Source: Acidimicrobiia bacterium
GTDB lineage: Bacteria; Actinomycetota; Acidimicrobiia; Spongiisociales; UBA11373
Assembly: GCA_040878325.1 (NCBI GenBank)
Contig: JBBDMM010000009.1
Span: 1 to 64,000 of the forward strand
Direction: 5' to 3'
DNA length: 64,000 bases
Positions 37,410-47,650 of the stretch are shown piece after piece (within the stretch, counting starts at the first letter, position 1; the number at the start of each line of letters is the position of its first letter). The position numbers and the translations under genes are program-made. A model generated the notes under the pieces. The model did no database searches. It was not told where the DNA came from and was given only the letters and a program-made list of their open reading frames with translations.

Positions 37410-38508
37410 TCGGCTGCTTGGCCTCACCTCCCTCGGACTCATAGCCGCGATCCCCCTGCTCATCGCGGGGCTGCGGGTGGGTGGCGTCGTGATCGTCGCC
37501 GAGGACGAGGTGGTGCGCGAGGACCTCTACGCGATGGGGGAGCGGGTCATCGTCGAGGGGGTCATCCAGGGCGACCTGTTCGTCATCGCCGGCCACCTCA
37601 CCGTGGCGGGGCGGGTCGAGGGGGATGTGCTGGGGTTGGTGGGCGGACCCGCCGTCATCTCCGGCGAGGTGATCGGGTCGGTGCGTCTCGCCGCCAACAC
37701 CATTTCGATCACAGGAGCGATCCGCGACGACCTGGCCGCAGCCGCGGTGGAGACCACCATCTCCGGCGGGATCGGTCGCGACGCCTTCCTCTACACCGGC
37801 GAGATGTCTACCGAAGGGATCATCGGCCGCGAGATCAGGGCGCACGCCTGGCGGATGTCGATCGATGGCCCGGTGGGCAAGGACGTCAAGGTGCGGGTGG
37901 ACTCCCTCATCCTGGGCGACAACGCCTTCGTAGGCGGCGACGTCTTCTACAAGGGCACCGAGGCGGCACGGGTCTCCTCCGACGCCCTCGTCCTCGGGGC
38001 GATCACCCGTCGCGACGCGCTCGCACCCGTGTGGGCGAAAGCGCTGACGCGGTTGTTCGCCATCCTCAGCGTTTTCGGTTTCGTCGTCGCCGGCATGATC
38101 GGGTCCTGGCTCTTCCGGGGAACCTCCCGTCGGGCGGTGGCCGAGGTTGGTGCCCGCCCAGGGCGCGCCGCTCTCGTGGGCCTGGGGGTGGTGTTGCTGG
38201 TGCCCGTCCTGGTGCTGCCGCTATTCCTCACGCTGGTGGGGATTCCGGTAGCACTGGTGCTGCTGCTGTTGTGGCTGGTCGCCCTTTTCCTCGGGCCACT
38301 CCCCGCGGTCACCTGGGTGGGCACACGCCTCACCCGGGGTGGGATGGTCGTGGGCCTGGTGATCGGGACCCTGGTGTGGCGGGGGGCGATGTGGCTGCTG
38401 CCGCTGCTGGCCGCAGTGCTCTACCTCAGTGCGCTGCTGATCGGCCTGGGCGCCGCGGTCCTGGCAGCCTGGGAGCAACGGCGCGCTTCAGGCGTGGCGC
38501 CGGGCTGA
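37393..38508 (+). CDS. Membrane protein with bactofilin-like beta-helix repeats
   Basis: Repeats such as VEGVIQGDL, VAGRVEGDV, IDGPVGKDV followed by several TM helices; overlaps nuoN stop. Confidence 0.75.
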   Translation: MRSRSDRLLGLTSLGLIAAIPLLIAGLRVGGVVIVAEDEVVREDLYAMGERVIVEGVIQGDLFVIAGHLTVAGRVEGDVLGLVGGPAVISGEVIGSVRLAANTISITGAIRDDLAAAAVETTISGGIGRDAFLYTGEMSTEGIIGREIRAHAWRMSIDGPVGKDVKVRVDSLILGDNAFVGGDVFYKGTEAARVSSDALVLGAITRRDALAPVWAKALTRLFAILSVFGFVVAGMIGSWLFRGTSRRAVAEVGARPGRAALVGLGVVLLVPVLVLPLFLTLVGIPVALVLLLLWLVALFLGPLPAVTWVGTRLTRGGMVVGLVIGTLVWRGAMWLLPLLAAVLYLSALLIGLGAAVLAAWEQRRASGVAPG

Positions 38509-38533
38509 GGCCTCGCCCGGCAGCAGTGAACCC

Positions 38534-39589
38534 TCAGCCCATCTTGCTGGGGACTGGGGACTGGTGACTGGGGACTGCCTCGAACACCACCACCTCGGTG
38601 ATCTCGTATCTCGCATGGTCGCCCGGGTTGAAGATCACATCAGGCCCGGCCCGGGCGAGCAGGCGGCGACCGCCGTCGAGGTGGAGGGTGACCAACTGGT
38701 CGTGGCCGTAGAACTCACGCTCGACCACCAGGGCCGAGCCGCCCTCGTCTTCTGTGAGGCGGACGTGCTCGGGGCGGATCAGTACCTCGACCGGGCCGAT
38801 CAGGTGGGTATCGACCGGAAAGCGCCCCAGGGCGGTGTCGACCACGCCGTTACTGACAGTGCCGTCGAGGAACTCCCCCTCGCCGAGAAAGCGGGCCACC
38901 CAGCGGTCCACCGGCTTGCGGTACAGATCGTGGGGGGTGGCCGACTGCAGCACCCGGCCCTCGCGCATGACGGCGAGGATGTCGCTGACCGCCAGCGCCT
39001 CCTCCTGATCGTGGGTGACGAAGATCGCCGTGGCGCGGGCTTCGACGAGGATCCCCCGCACCTCGCGTCGCACTCGCTCCCGCTGGGGGGCATCGAGGTT
39101 GGAGAAGGGCTCGTCGAGGAGTACCACCGCCGGTGAAGGGGCCAGCGCTCGGGCAAGGGCGACCCGTTGCTGTTCGCCGCCCGACAACTCGTGGGGCATC
39201 CGCTTCTCCATCCCGGAGAGACCCACCATCTCGAGCACCTCACCGACCCGACGCCTTCGCTCCGCCCCCTTGGAAAGTCCGTAGGCGACGTTGTCGCCCA
39301 CCGTCATGTGCGGGAAAAGGGCGAAATCCTGGAAGACCATTCCCACCCGCCTCCGCTCGGGCGGGATGAAGGTATCGCCGTCGACGACTGTCTCACCGGC
39401 CACCTCGACCGAGCCGCCGTCAGGCCGCTCGAACCCGGCGATGAGGCGGAGGGCGGTGGTCTTACCGGAGCCGGACGGGCCGAGGAGTCCGAGGACCTGG
39501 CCCGCGGCGGCGTCAAGCGAGAAGTCGTCGAGGGCGACGACGCCCGCATACGACTTGGAGAGGCTGCGGCAGTTGATGGCGTCGGTCAT
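38534..39589 (-). CDS. Fe3+ ABC transporter ATP-binding protein (FbpC-like)
   Basis: GPSGSGKT, LSGGEQQR, LLDEPFSNLD, TOBE-like tail. Confidence 0.92.
   Translation of the reverse strand: MTDAINCRSLSKSYAGVVALDDFSLDAAAGQVLGLLGPSGSGKTTALRLIAGFERPDGGSVEVAGETVVDGDTFIPPERRRVGMVFQDFALFPHMTVGDNVAYGLSKGAERRRRVGEVLEMVGLSGMEKRMPHELSGGEQQRVALARALAPSPAVVLLDEPFSNLDAPQRERVRREVRGILVEARATAIFVTHDQEEALAVSDILAVMREGRVLQSATPHDLYRKPVDRWVARFLGEGEFLDGTVSNGVVDTALGRFPVDTHLIGPVEVLIRPEHVRLTEDEGGSALVVEREFYGHDQLVTLHLDGGRRLLARAGPDVIFNPGDHARYEITEVVVFEAVPSHQSPVPSKMG
38547..38577. repeat. Heptamer array CTGG(G/T)GA x4 in the 3' end of the ATPase gene
   Basis: Translated on minus strand as VPSHQSPVPS. Confidence 0.8.
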
Positions 39590-41196
39590 CGTTCTCTCGT
39601 TGCGAGCAGGTACATCGGTATGGCGGAGACCGCGATCAACAGTAACGCCGGGGCGGCCGCCCTCGAATAGAGCAGCGAATCCGCCGCCGACCAGATGCCG
39701 ACCGCCAGCGTGTCGAACCCGGTGGGGCGGAGGAGGAGGGTGGCGGGAAGCTCCTTCATGGTGGTGAGGAACACCAACAGGCTTCCGGCGATTAGCCCCC
39801 GGCGGACCATCGGTGCAGTCACTCGGAGCATCGTCTTCAGTGGTCCGACCCCGAGGCTTCGCGACGCCTCTTCCACCGACGGGCTCAACTGGAGGAGGGA
39901 CGAGCGGGCCGCGCCAAGTGCCTGGGCGAAGAAGATGGAGGCGTAGACGAGGACTAGGACCGTGAGGCTCTGATACCAGTCGCCGAGATACCGGGACGCG
40001 AAGAAGACCATCGCCAGGCCCACCGTGATGTGGGGTAGGGCAAACACCGTGTATGCCGCCCGCTCCACCCAGGCGGTGCGGCGCGAAGCGTGACGGGTGA
40101 CCAGGACGGCGGTAGGCAGTGCCAGCAGTGCCACCAGTAGGGCGGCGAGGAGGGATCCGGCCAGTGACCCACCGACGGCGCCCCACGGGAAAGGCCGACC
40201 GGCGCCGCTGCCGCGGTCGAGCCAACCGACCAGGGTTCCGATCGGGACGCCAAGGGAGATGACAGCCAACATCGAAAGGCCGGCGATCCCTGCCCATCGC
40301 CCCCGCGTGCTGAGCCGGGAGATGCGGGCGGGGCGGGTGACCGGTCGCCCGTGATACGCCGCCCTCCCCCGGGTGGCGCGTTCGGCCCACACGATCACCA
40401 GGGCGAGGAGTACCAGGAGCACGGCCAGGGCGGCAGCAGGGGTGCGGTCGAGGCGGCCGGCGTAGTGGGCGTAGATCACCCGGGTGAATGAGTCGAAGCG
40501 GACCAGGGATACCGCCCCAAAGTCAGAGAGCGTGTAGAGGGCGACGAGAAGCAACCCGGCGCCAAGGGATGGCCGCAACTGCGGCGCGACGATCGTCCGG
40601 AACACCTTTCCTTGCGAGGCGCCGAGGCCTCGGGCCGCCTCCTCGTGGGCTGGGTCCATCCGCCGCAACGCCGTGGCGGTGGTGAGGTAGACGAACGGAT
40701 AGGTCGCAAGGGTGAGCGCCAGCCAGGCGCCCGGCAATCCGACAAGGGAGGGGACGGTGATCCCGAGGGTCTCTGCGAGTAGGCCGCGGGGTCCGGTGGC
40801 CGACAGGAGGGCCAGCGCCACCACGTATGAGGGGATCACCAGCGGAAGGGCCACGAGCACCCTCCAGATCCTCCGCCCTGGCAGGTCGGTCCGTTCTGTG
40901 AGCCACGCCGCGGCCACTCCGACGACTGCGGTCGTGACGACTACGAGGATGATCAGCAGGGAGGTGTTCCAGATGAGCCGTGCCGTGTTCGACGACACCA
41001 CCACCCGGGCCGCGGTCGCGCCGTCGTTCAGCACCCGCCCGAGGAGAAAGCCGAAGGGCACGACGGTGGGGATCAGCGCAACGATTGCGGGGAACCACAG
41101 CCATGCCGGCGGCTTCGCGCGGGGACGCGAACGCCGTGGCGTCCGCGTCCCCACGAGTGGGCTCTCTGCCGGCGCAGGGGCCGGCAACGATGTCAC
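39586..41196 (-). CDS. Fe3+ ABC transporter permease (FbpB-like)
   Basis: Two EAA loops (EEAARGLG, EEASRSLG), LSDFG, MKELPATL. Confidence 0.92.
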   Translation of the reverse strand: MTSLPAPAPAESPLVGTRTPRRSRPRAKPPAWLWFPAIVALIPTVVPFGFLLGRVLNDGATAARVVVSSNTARLIWNTSLLIILVVVTTAVVGVAAAWLTERTDLPGRRIWRVLVALPLVIPSYVVALALLSATGPRGLLAETLGITVPSLVGLPGAWLALTLATYPFVYLTTATALRRMDPAHEEAARGLGASQGKVFRTIVAPQLRPSLGAGLLLVALYTLSDFGAVSLVRFDSFTRVIYAHYAGRLDRTPAAALAVLLVLLALVIVWAERATRGRAAYHGRPVTRPARISRLSTRGRWAGIAGLSMLAVISLGVPIGTLVGWLDRGSGAGRPFPWGAVGGSLAGSLLAALLVALLALPTAVLVTRHASRRTAWVERAAYTVFALPHITVGLAMVFFASRYLGDWYQSLTVLVLVYASIFFAQALGAARSSLLQLSPSVEEASRSLGVGPLKTMLRVTAPMVRRGLIAGSLLVFLTTMKELPATLLLRPTGFDTLAVGIWSAADSLLYSRAAAPALLLIAVSAIPMYLLATRER

Positions 41197-42209
41197 AAGA
41201 GGCCGGCCTCGGCGACGAGATCGGTGGCCAGGTCGAGGGCCGCCGCCAGGTCCGACAGGTCGATGTCGGGCTGGGCAAGCGAAGCCAATGGCGGCAGGAT
41301 GGGATCCGGGGCCACTCCTTCGATCACCGGGTACTCGAACGTCTTGGTGGCGAAGTACTCCTGGGCCGACTGGCTCAGCAGGAACTCGACGAACTGCTCC
41401 GCCTCGTCACCGTTGTCGGTGGTGTTGAGGATCCCGACGCCGGCAGGCATCACGAGCGAGCCGGGGCTCGGGTTCGCGAAGAAGTAGTTGGCGGCGGTCA
41501 CCTCGCCGAGTTCGGCCCGAAGCTGCAGCAGGTAGTAGTGGTTCACCAGGCCGACCTCCACCGTGCCGTCATTGGTCGCGGCGACTATCGGGGAGTTGCC
41601 CTCGAATCTCTGGGGGTTGTTGGCGGCAATGGCCTCCAGCCACTCCCGGGTGGCGTCTTCGCCTCGCTCTAAGATCATCGCTGCCACGAAGGCGAGGAAC
41701 GACGCATTCGATGGGGCGATGGCGAGACGGCCATCCCATTCGGGATCGGTGAACCCGTCCACCGAGTCGGGTAGGTCGTCGGGGGAGATCCGGGTCGAGT
41801 CGTAGATGACCACCCGAGACCGTGCGCTTACTCCGACCCACAGGCCTTCCCGATCGGAGAACCGCGAGGGCACCAGCGCGAGCACCTCATCCGAGAGGGC
41901 CTGGAACATGCCTGCTTCGGCTACTGCGCCGAGCGAAGCCGGGTCTTGGGCGAAGAACACGTCGGCGGGAGTATTGGCGCCCTCCTCACGGAGAGTGGCG
42001 GCCAGGTCGGTACTCGAGGCGTACCGGACCTCGACCTCGATGCCGGTTTCGGCCTCGAATTGGTCGATGAGGGCTCCGACGAGTTCTTCGTTGCGGCCCG
42101 AGTAGACGGTCAGGGTTCCGCCGCCGGAGTCGTCACTGCAGGCAGTAGCGAATACGGCGAGGACCACGGCGATAAGCACCAGACGGGTTTTTGAGAGTGT
42201 TTTGTACAT
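41193..42209 (-). CDS. Fe3+ ABC transporter substrate-binding lipoprotein (FbpA/FutA-like)
   Basis: Lipobox ATAC, VYSGR, PADVF, LVNHYY. Confidence 0.92.
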   Translation of the reverse strand: MYKTLSKTRLVLIAVVLAVFATACSDDSGGGTLTVYSGRNEELVGALIDQFEAETGIEVEVRYASSTDLAATLREEGANTPADVFFAQDPASLGAVAEAGMFQALSDEVLALVPSRFSDREGLWVGVSARSRVVIYDSTRISPDDLPDSVDGFTDPEWDGRLAIAPSNASFLAFVAAMILERGEDATREWLEAIAANNPQRFEGNSPIVAATNDGTVEVGLVNHYYLLQLRAELGEVTAANYFFANPSPGSLVMPAGVGILNTTDNGDEAEQFVEFLLSQSAQEYFATKTFEYPVIEGVAPDPILPPLASLAQPDIDLSDLAAALDLATDLVAEAGLL

Positions 42210-42217
42210 GGCGGGGG

Positions 42218-42245
42218 AATCTACGGCACCGTCCGGAATTGTCAA
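42218..42245 (-). promoter_or_regulatory. Sigma70-type promoter TTGACA-N16-TAGATT, probably leaderless
   Basis: -10 lies 8 nt before the ATG at 42209; no SD. Confidence 0.7.
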
Positions 42246-42286
42246 GTTGGGTGTTACAAATAGTTAAAGGGGGGTTACTGATAAGA

Positions 42287-42366
42287 GCCGACGGCCGACG
42301 GCCGACGGCCAAGACAGCGGGCTATATCCCGGATTTCGATCACTCTTGACCCTTGAGTCTTGGCTC
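42287..42366. repeat. Heptamer arrays GCCGACG x3 and (T/C)CTTGNN x3
   Basis: Direct reading. Confidence 0.75.
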
Positions 42367-42395
42367 CCGGTTCGCTCGTCGCCCATACTCCGGCC

Positions 42396-42899
42396 ATGAG
42401 ATTGATCGCCCGGATCGACTCCTTCCTCATCCCGTGGCTGCGCCGGTGGAGCCTGCCGGTCCTCCGGATCTCCCTCGGGGTCGTCTTCGTCTGGTTCGGG
42501 GCACTCAAGGTCCTTGGGGTGACTCCCGTTTTCGACCTCGTGGCGGCCACCGTGTACTGGGTCGACCCCGACTGGTTCGTGCCGACCCTTGGGGTGGCCG
42601 AGATCCTGATCGGCATCGGTCTCATCGGTGGCTGGCTGCTGCGCTGGGTGCTCCTCGCCTTCGTTGCTCAAATGGTCGGCACGGCCCTGGTGTTCGTGAC
42701 CCTTCCGGAGGTGGCCTTCCAGGACAACAACCCCCTCAAACTCACCGTCGAGGGTGAGTTCGTCATCAAGAATCTGGTGCTACTCGCCGCCGGGCTGGTG
42801 GTGGGGTCGACGATCGAGCCGCGGAAGAATCAAGAATCAAGAATCAAGAAGCGCGGGTCACCCTCGAGTCGTGATCCGGGGTCCTGTCTTGATTCTTGA
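42396..42899 (+). CDS. DoxX-like membrane protein
   Basis: LRISLGVVFVWFGALK, EGEFVIKNLVL; tail is repeat-derived. Confidence 0.82.
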   Translation: MRLIARIDSFLIPWLRRWSLPVLRISLGVVFVWFGALKVLGVTPVFDLVAATVYWVDPDWFVPTLGVAEILIGIGLIGGWLLRWVLLAFVAQMVGTALVFVTLPEVAFQDNNPLKLTVEGEFVIKNLVLLAAGLVVGSTIEPRKNQESRIKKRGSPSSRDPGSCLDS

Positions 42900-42909
42900 C
42901 TCTTGATTC
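42825..42909. repeat. Inverted pair of heptamer arrays AAGAATC x3 / TCTTGA(T/C) x3
   Basis: Overlaps DoxX 3' end, between convergent genes. Confidence 0.88.
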
Positions 42910-42913
42910 CCCT

Positions 42914-44002
42914 CTAGCCGCCGGTGACCAGAAGAGGTATCCGCAACTCCGCATCCGTGGGCGCTCCGTGCTGGCCGATGAGGCTGTCGTCGCTGTGGCG
43001 ATGGAGGAGGGCGTATCCCTCGTCGGCGATGAGCACCCCGTCCGGTGCCCGGGCGTCGAACTCGGGGTGACGGGTGCCGGGGCCCCACCAGTGCTCCATT
43101 TCGGACCGGGGCACCCAGATCGCCGGCAGCCGATCCGCCAACGAAGCCCCATCGCCGCGCACGAACATGGCCCGGGTGTCCCCATAGAAGGTTCGATCGT
43201 CCTGGTCGGCGTTGGTGAGGCGGACCTGATGGTCGAGTGGGATGTCGACGTGTCCGTGGTCGGCAGTGCCGATGAGTGCCGCCCCCGGTGGCATGCGCCG
43301 CGCCAGCCGCTCCCATAGCCGATCGACGATTCGCATCGCCTCGTGATACCCCTCGTCGTCCTGCCCGCCGACATGGGCGGCGAAGTCGACATGGGGGATA
43401 TAGAGGAACACCAAACGACCCGGCTCGGCGGCCAGCGAGACCGCGGCGTCGGCGGCCTCGTCTTCGCTGGCCCACGGTTCGAACCGGGCGCCGCGGTAGA
43501 GCATTCGCGACATCGGCGATCGCTCGAAGTTCCATGGCTGGAGGGTGATCGGCTCGGCGCCGGCGGCGCGGAGGCGCTCCCAAAGATTCGGTGAGGGGAG
43601 GAAGCCGCCGGTGTCGTACTCGACTCGTTCACCCCACAGCGTCGACCACTGGATTGTGTTGATCACGGTGTCGAGGTCCGGCATCCAGAGCTGATACCCG
43701 AGCAGACCGTGCTCGGCCGGGGAGCGCCCCGTGGCGATCGTCGCCAGGCTCACTGTGGTGGTGGCAGGAAACGGCGAGTCCAGCGCTCCCACCCGGTGGG
43801 AACGCATCGTTCCGGCGGCGAGATGGTCGAGCTGGTGATCGCCGAGCCCGTCGAAGAGCACTACGACATACGATCGGGCGTCGGGCACCGACCCGGCCAG
43901 CTCCGGCGACAGCCCGGACCCCGGCGCCGACCCGGTCATCCGCCGCTCGATTTCGTTCACCAGATCGAGAAGGTTGGCGCCGGAATAGTCGGGGGAGCGC
44001 AT
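42914..44002 (-). CDS. Alkaline phosphatase superfamily (nucleotide pyrophosphatase-like) protein
   Basis: FDGLG, FPATT, DFAAH, TADHG, GQHG. Confidence 0.88.
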   Translation of the reverse strand: MRSPDYSGANLLDLVNEIERRMTGSAPGSGLSPELAGSVPDARSYVVVLFDGLGDHQLDHLAAGTMRSHRVGALDSPFPATTTVSLATIATGRSPAEHGLLGYQLWMPDLDTVINTIQWSTLWGERVEYDTGGFLPSPNLWERLRAAGAEPITLQPWNFERSPMSRMLYRGARFEPWASEDEAADAAVSLAAEPGRLVFLYIPHVDFAAHVGGQDDEGYHEAMRIVDRLWERLARRMPPGAALIGTADHGHVDIPLDHQVRLTNADQDDRTFYGDTRAMFVRGDGASLADRLPAIWVPRSEMEHWWGPGTRHPEFDARAPDGVLIADEGYALLHRHSDDSLIGQHGAPTDAELRIPLLVTGG

Positions 44003-44020
44003 TTCGGAGGAAGGGTAGGA

Positions 44021-44127
44021 AGTCGCCAGTCTCCAGTCACCAGTCTCCAGCAAGATGGCCGTCCGCCTTCCGCAAGATCGCCTGCCTGCTCTTCCTTCTG
44101 GGGACTGGAGACTGGAGGCTGGAGGCT
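44021..44127. repeat. Inverted pair of heptamer arrays AGTCNCC x4 / CTGGRGR x4
   Basis: Direct reading. Confidence 0.88.
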
Positions 44128-44157
44128 ATTTTCTCTTACCCCTCGTACCGATAGAGA

Positions 44158-46053
44158 ATGGTGCCAATGACGCGACTCATCCCTTTGGGGCCCCGTGCCT
44201 TGTTTCTGATCACGGCCCTGGTCGGGTCGCTGTTGGCTCCGCTGGCCTCGTCCGGCGCCGGTGAGAAGGTTCACCGATGCAACGGGTTGGTGGCGACCAT
44301 CGTGGGAACTTTTGGGGACGATGTGATCGTGGGGACCTCCGGCGACGATGTGATCGTGGGTCTCGGGGGGCAGGACGTCATCCGCGGTCGTGGGGGGAAC
44401 GACACGATATGTGGCGGTGGCGGGCCTGACAGCATCTACGGCGGTAGTGGGTCCGACACCCTGTTCGGCAACAAGGGCGGCGACCTGCTGTTCGGGGGAC
44501 GGGGCCACGACACCCTGGTAGGGAACAAGGGGTTCGACGGATTGTCGGCGGGCGGCGGGACCGACCAGTGCATCACCGGTGAGTACTTCCGGGGGTGCGA
44601 GCTGCCGCTCTCGGTGTCGTTCAACCCGCTCGGCAAGACGATTCCCCAGATGCAGGCGGCCTTGGAGTCGGGCCTGGTGACCTCGGTCGGGCTGGTGGAT
44701 TTCTACCTGGCGCGGATCGCCGCCTACGACGACGAAGGCCCGCAGCTCAGGGCGATCATCGCTCTGAACCCCGACGCACACTCCGACGCGCAAGCGCTGG
44801 ATGTCGAGCGGTCGCTGCTCGGACCACGCGGTCCGCTCCACGGCATCCCGATCGTTCTCAAAGACAACATGGGCACCATCGGCATGGCCACGACCGCCGG
44901 ATCGCTCTCGCTCGAAGGATTCATCCCCGGCGAGGATGCGTTCCAGGTGGCCCGACTGCGCTCCGCAGGGGCGATCATCCTCGCCAAGACCAATCTCCAC
45001 GAGTTCGCCCGCAACATCACCACGGTCTCGTCGCTCGGGGGGCAAACCAGAAATCCCTACGACCTGGCCCGAAATCCGGGCGGGTCGAGCGGCGGCACCG
45101 GCGCCGCCCTCGCCGCCGAGTTCGCCGCCGCGGGAATGGGGACCGACAGCTGCGGCTCGATTCGGATCCCCGCCGCTCACAACAACCTCTACGGTCTCCG
45201 CCCGACCATCGGGCTCTCATCGCGCGCCGGCATCGTGCCGCTCTCCTTCACGGAAGACACCGCCGGGCCTCTTGCGAGAAGCGTCATCGACCTGGCGATC
45301 GTCCTCGATGCCACCGTGGGGGTCGATCCCGACGACCCGACGACGGTGTTCGTGAACGCCGACTACTCGGGCGCGGTCGACCCCGACGGCCTCGAAGGAA
45401 TGCGGATCGGCGTGCTCAACGTGCTCTTCGAAGGATCACACGCCGGGGTCGACTCGACGGTCCGGGCCGCGCTCGACGAGATGGAGGCGCACGGGGCGGT
45501 CGTCATCCCGGTGGTGATTCCGAATCTGAACGACCTGCGGGGGAGCGCGGCCGTGATCTTCCTCCGTGAGTTCAAGTTCGCCTTCGACGACTATCTCGAC
45601 GACCACCCGGGCGCTCCGGTTGGGTCACTTCAAGAGGTGTTCGACTCGGGGCGGTACCACCCGGCAATCCACACCGCCCTGGTGAGCGCGTTGGCGGTCG
45701 ACACCCTCGACACTGCCGACTACCACGACGCCCTTTCCCGGCGCGACCTGGTGCGCGACGCCATCGTCGACTTCATGGACGATCGCGATCTCGACGCCCT
45801 CGCCTATCCGACGATCACCTACCCGCCCAGTGCGATCGGCGCCCAGCAGTCGGGGAGGAACAACTGTGGCACCGCCTCCGTGGGCGGCCTTCCCGCCATC
45901 GTGGTTCCGGCCGGGTTCACCGGCGGCCTGCCGGTAGGCCTCGAGCTGATGGGCCGCCCCTTCTCGGAGGAGACCCTGATCGCCATCGCCGCCGGATACG
46001 AGGCGAACGTCGATGTGCGCAAACTCCCCAAGGAGACCCCGCGCTTGCCCTAG
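44158..46053 (+). CDS. Secreted amidase-signature enzyme with N-terminal RTX-like Ca-binding repeats
   Basis: Signal peptide, GGxGxD repeats bracketed by Cys, GPLHGIPIVLKDN, GGSSGG, GTDSCGSIRIP; start may be 44167. Confidence 0.9.
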   Translation: MVPMTRLIPLGPRALFLITALVGSLLAPLASSGAGEKVHRCNGLVATIVGTFGDDVIVGTSGDDVIVGLGGQDVIRGRGGNDTICGGGGPDSIYGGSGSDTLFGNKGGDLLFGGRGHDTLVGNKGFDGLSAGGGTDQCITGEYFRGCELPLSVSFNPLGKTIPQMQAALESGLVTSVGLVDFYLARIAAYDDEGPQLRAIIALNPDAHSDAQALDVERSLLGPRGPLHGIPIVLKDNMGTIGMATTAGSLSLEGFIPGEDAFQVARLRSAGAIILAKTNLHEFARNITTVSSLGGQTRNPYDLARNPGGSSGGTGAALAAEFAAAGMGTDSCGSIRIPAAHNNLYGLRPTIGLSSRAGIVPLSFTEDTAGPLARSVIDLAIVLDATVGVDPDDPTTVFVNADYSGAVDPDGLEGMRIGVLNVLFEGSHAGVDSTVRAALDEMEAHGAVVIPVVIPNLNDLRGSAAVIFLREFKFAFDDYLDDHPGAPVGSLQEVFDSGRYHPAIHTALVSALAVDTLDTADYHDALSRRDLVRDAIVDFMDDRDLDALAYPTITYPPSAIGAQQSGRNNCGTASVGGLPAIVVPAGFTGGLPVGLELMGRPFSEETLIAIAAGYEANVDVRKLPKETPRLP

Positions 46054-46062
46054 GCAGCTCTT

Positions 46063-46130
46063 CCTGCGACCTGCCACCTGCCACCTGCTGACTGCCACCT
46101 GCTCCCTGCCACCCGCCGAGCGCAGCGAGG
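46063..46130. repeat. Heptamer array CCTGCNN x8 plus CCGAGCGCAGCGAGG motif
   Basis: Direct reading. Confidence 0.85.
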
Positions 46131-46204
46131 CTCCCAACCGTTTCAGCCGCACGCGCGCCGCTTCCTATACTCCCCCCGGCACCGACATCGACCACTGAGG
46201 AATC

Positions 46205-46573
46205 GTGACGCGGTACTTCCACGACTACATCACCGTGGCCGTCTTCGCAGGTGTCGGCATTCTGCTGGTCGCGGTGGCGATCGGCCTCAGCGCCCTCCTC
46301 AGGCCGAACAATCCGACCAAGGTCAAGCGGCAGACCTATGAGTGCGGCATCGACCCGGTGGGGACCGGGTTCAGCCAGACCCACGTTCGCTACTACATCT
46401 TTGCCCTGCTGTTCCTGATCTTCGACGTCGAGGCGGTGTTCATCTTCCCGTGGGCGATCAGGTTGGAGTCGCTGGGCGCATTCGCACTCGTCGAGATGGT
46501 GATCTTCCTGGTGATCCTGCTGGCCGGGCTCGTGTACGCCATCCGCAAGGGAGTGCTCCGGTGGGAGTCCTAG
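46205..46573 (+). CDS. nuoA: Complex I subunit A (second operon)
   Basis: TYECGID, FLIFDVE. Confidence 0.95.
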   Translation: MTRYFHDYITVAVFAGVGILLVAVAIGLSALLRPNNPTKVKRQTYECGIDPVGTGFSQTHVRYYIFALLFLIFDVEAVFIFPWAIRLESLGAFALVEMVIFLVILLAGLVYAIRKGVLRWES

Positions 46574-47058
46574 ACCGCTTCGAGGCGCCCAAACCGCTCT
46601 CGTGGCTCCTCAACTGGGGCCGCAAGTACTCGCTGTGGATGTTTCAGTTCGGCCTGGCCTGCTGTGCCATCGAGATGATGGCCGCCTCCGGCCCCCGCTA
46701 CGACTTCATGCGCTTCGGGATCATCCCGTTGCCCGCCTCGCCGCGCCAGGCCGACCTGATGATCGTGGCGGGCACGGTCACCGACAAGATGGCGCCGGCG
46801 ATCCGCAAGCTCTACGACCAGATGCCCGACCCCAAGTACGTCATCTCGATGGGCTCGTGCGCCAACTGCGGCGGGCCGTATTGGGACTCCTACAGCGTGA
46901 CCAAGGGCGTCGATCAAATCATCCCTGTCGACGTATACGTGCCGGGTTGCCCCCCTCGCCCCGAGGCGCTGATGGAGGGCATCGTCCTGCTCCAGCAGCT
47001 GATCACCAACGAGAACATCAAGGAGAAGTGGAGCCGGCGTGACCGACAGCCCGTCTGA
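46561..47058 (+). CDS. nuoB: Complex I subunit B (second operon)
   Basis: [21 protein letters not shown] start inferred. Confidence 0.95.
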   Translation: MGVLDRFEAPKPLSWLLNWGRKYSLWMFQFGLACCAIEMMAASGPRYDFMRFGIIPLPASPRQADLMIVAGTVTDKMAPAIRKLYDQMPDPKYVISMGSCANCGGPYWDSYSVTKGVDQIIPVDVYVPGCPPRPEALMEGIVLLQQLITNENIKEKWSRRDRQPV

Positions 47059-47650
47059 CACATCGGCTCCCGCGGCTCCATCGGCGGCGGCAGCCGTCGC
47101 CGAGCGCTTTGGGGCCATGGTCGGTGCCGTCGCCACCAGCGGGGACTTCGCCACCGCCCGCATCCGGGTTACGCCCGACCAGTGGGTGGACACCCACCGC
47201 ACACTTTCCACGCACCTGCCGTTCTTCTCGTTTCTGTCGGCGATCGACTGGGCGAGCGAGGTGGCGGTCGGTGATCCGCCGGAAGGCGAGGTGGCGGAGC
47301 GTTACGAGGTGTTCACCCGGCTCGCCGACGTGGGCAAGGGCGAAGGGGTGATCATCTCGACCGACATCTCGAAGGACGACCCGAGGCTCCCCACCTTGAT
47401 CGAGGTCTTCGGCGGCGCCAACTGGCACGAGCGCGAGGCTCATGAGATGTTCGGCATCGTGTTCGAGGGCCATCCCAAACTCGACAACCTGTACCTGCCC
47501 GACGGTTTCGAGGGTCACCCGCTCCGCAAGACGTTCCCGCTGCTGAGCCGCGAGGTGAAGCCGTGGCCGGGCACCGTGGACGTCGAGGCGATGCCCGGCA
47601 CCGAGAACGTGGAAGCCGACGCGCTCGCGAGCGATGGGGAGGCGGAGTGA
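47039..47650 (+). CDS. nuoC: Complex I subunit C (second operon)
   Basis: [17 protein letters not shown]. Confidence 0.93.
   Translation: MTDSPSDTSAPAAPSAAAAVAERFGAMVGAVATSGDFATARIRVTPDQWVDTHRTLSTHLPFFSFLSAIDWASEVAVGDPPEGEVAERYEVFTRLADVGKGEGVIISTDISKDDPRLPTLIEVFGGANWHEREAHEMFGIVFEGHPKLDNLYLPDGFEGHPLRKTFPLLSREVKPWPGTVDVEAMPGTENVEADALASDGEAE

Noticed and set aside
42914..44002. BREX PglZ defence gene
   Set aside because: Stand-alone alkaline-phosphatase-fold gene with no brx neighbours
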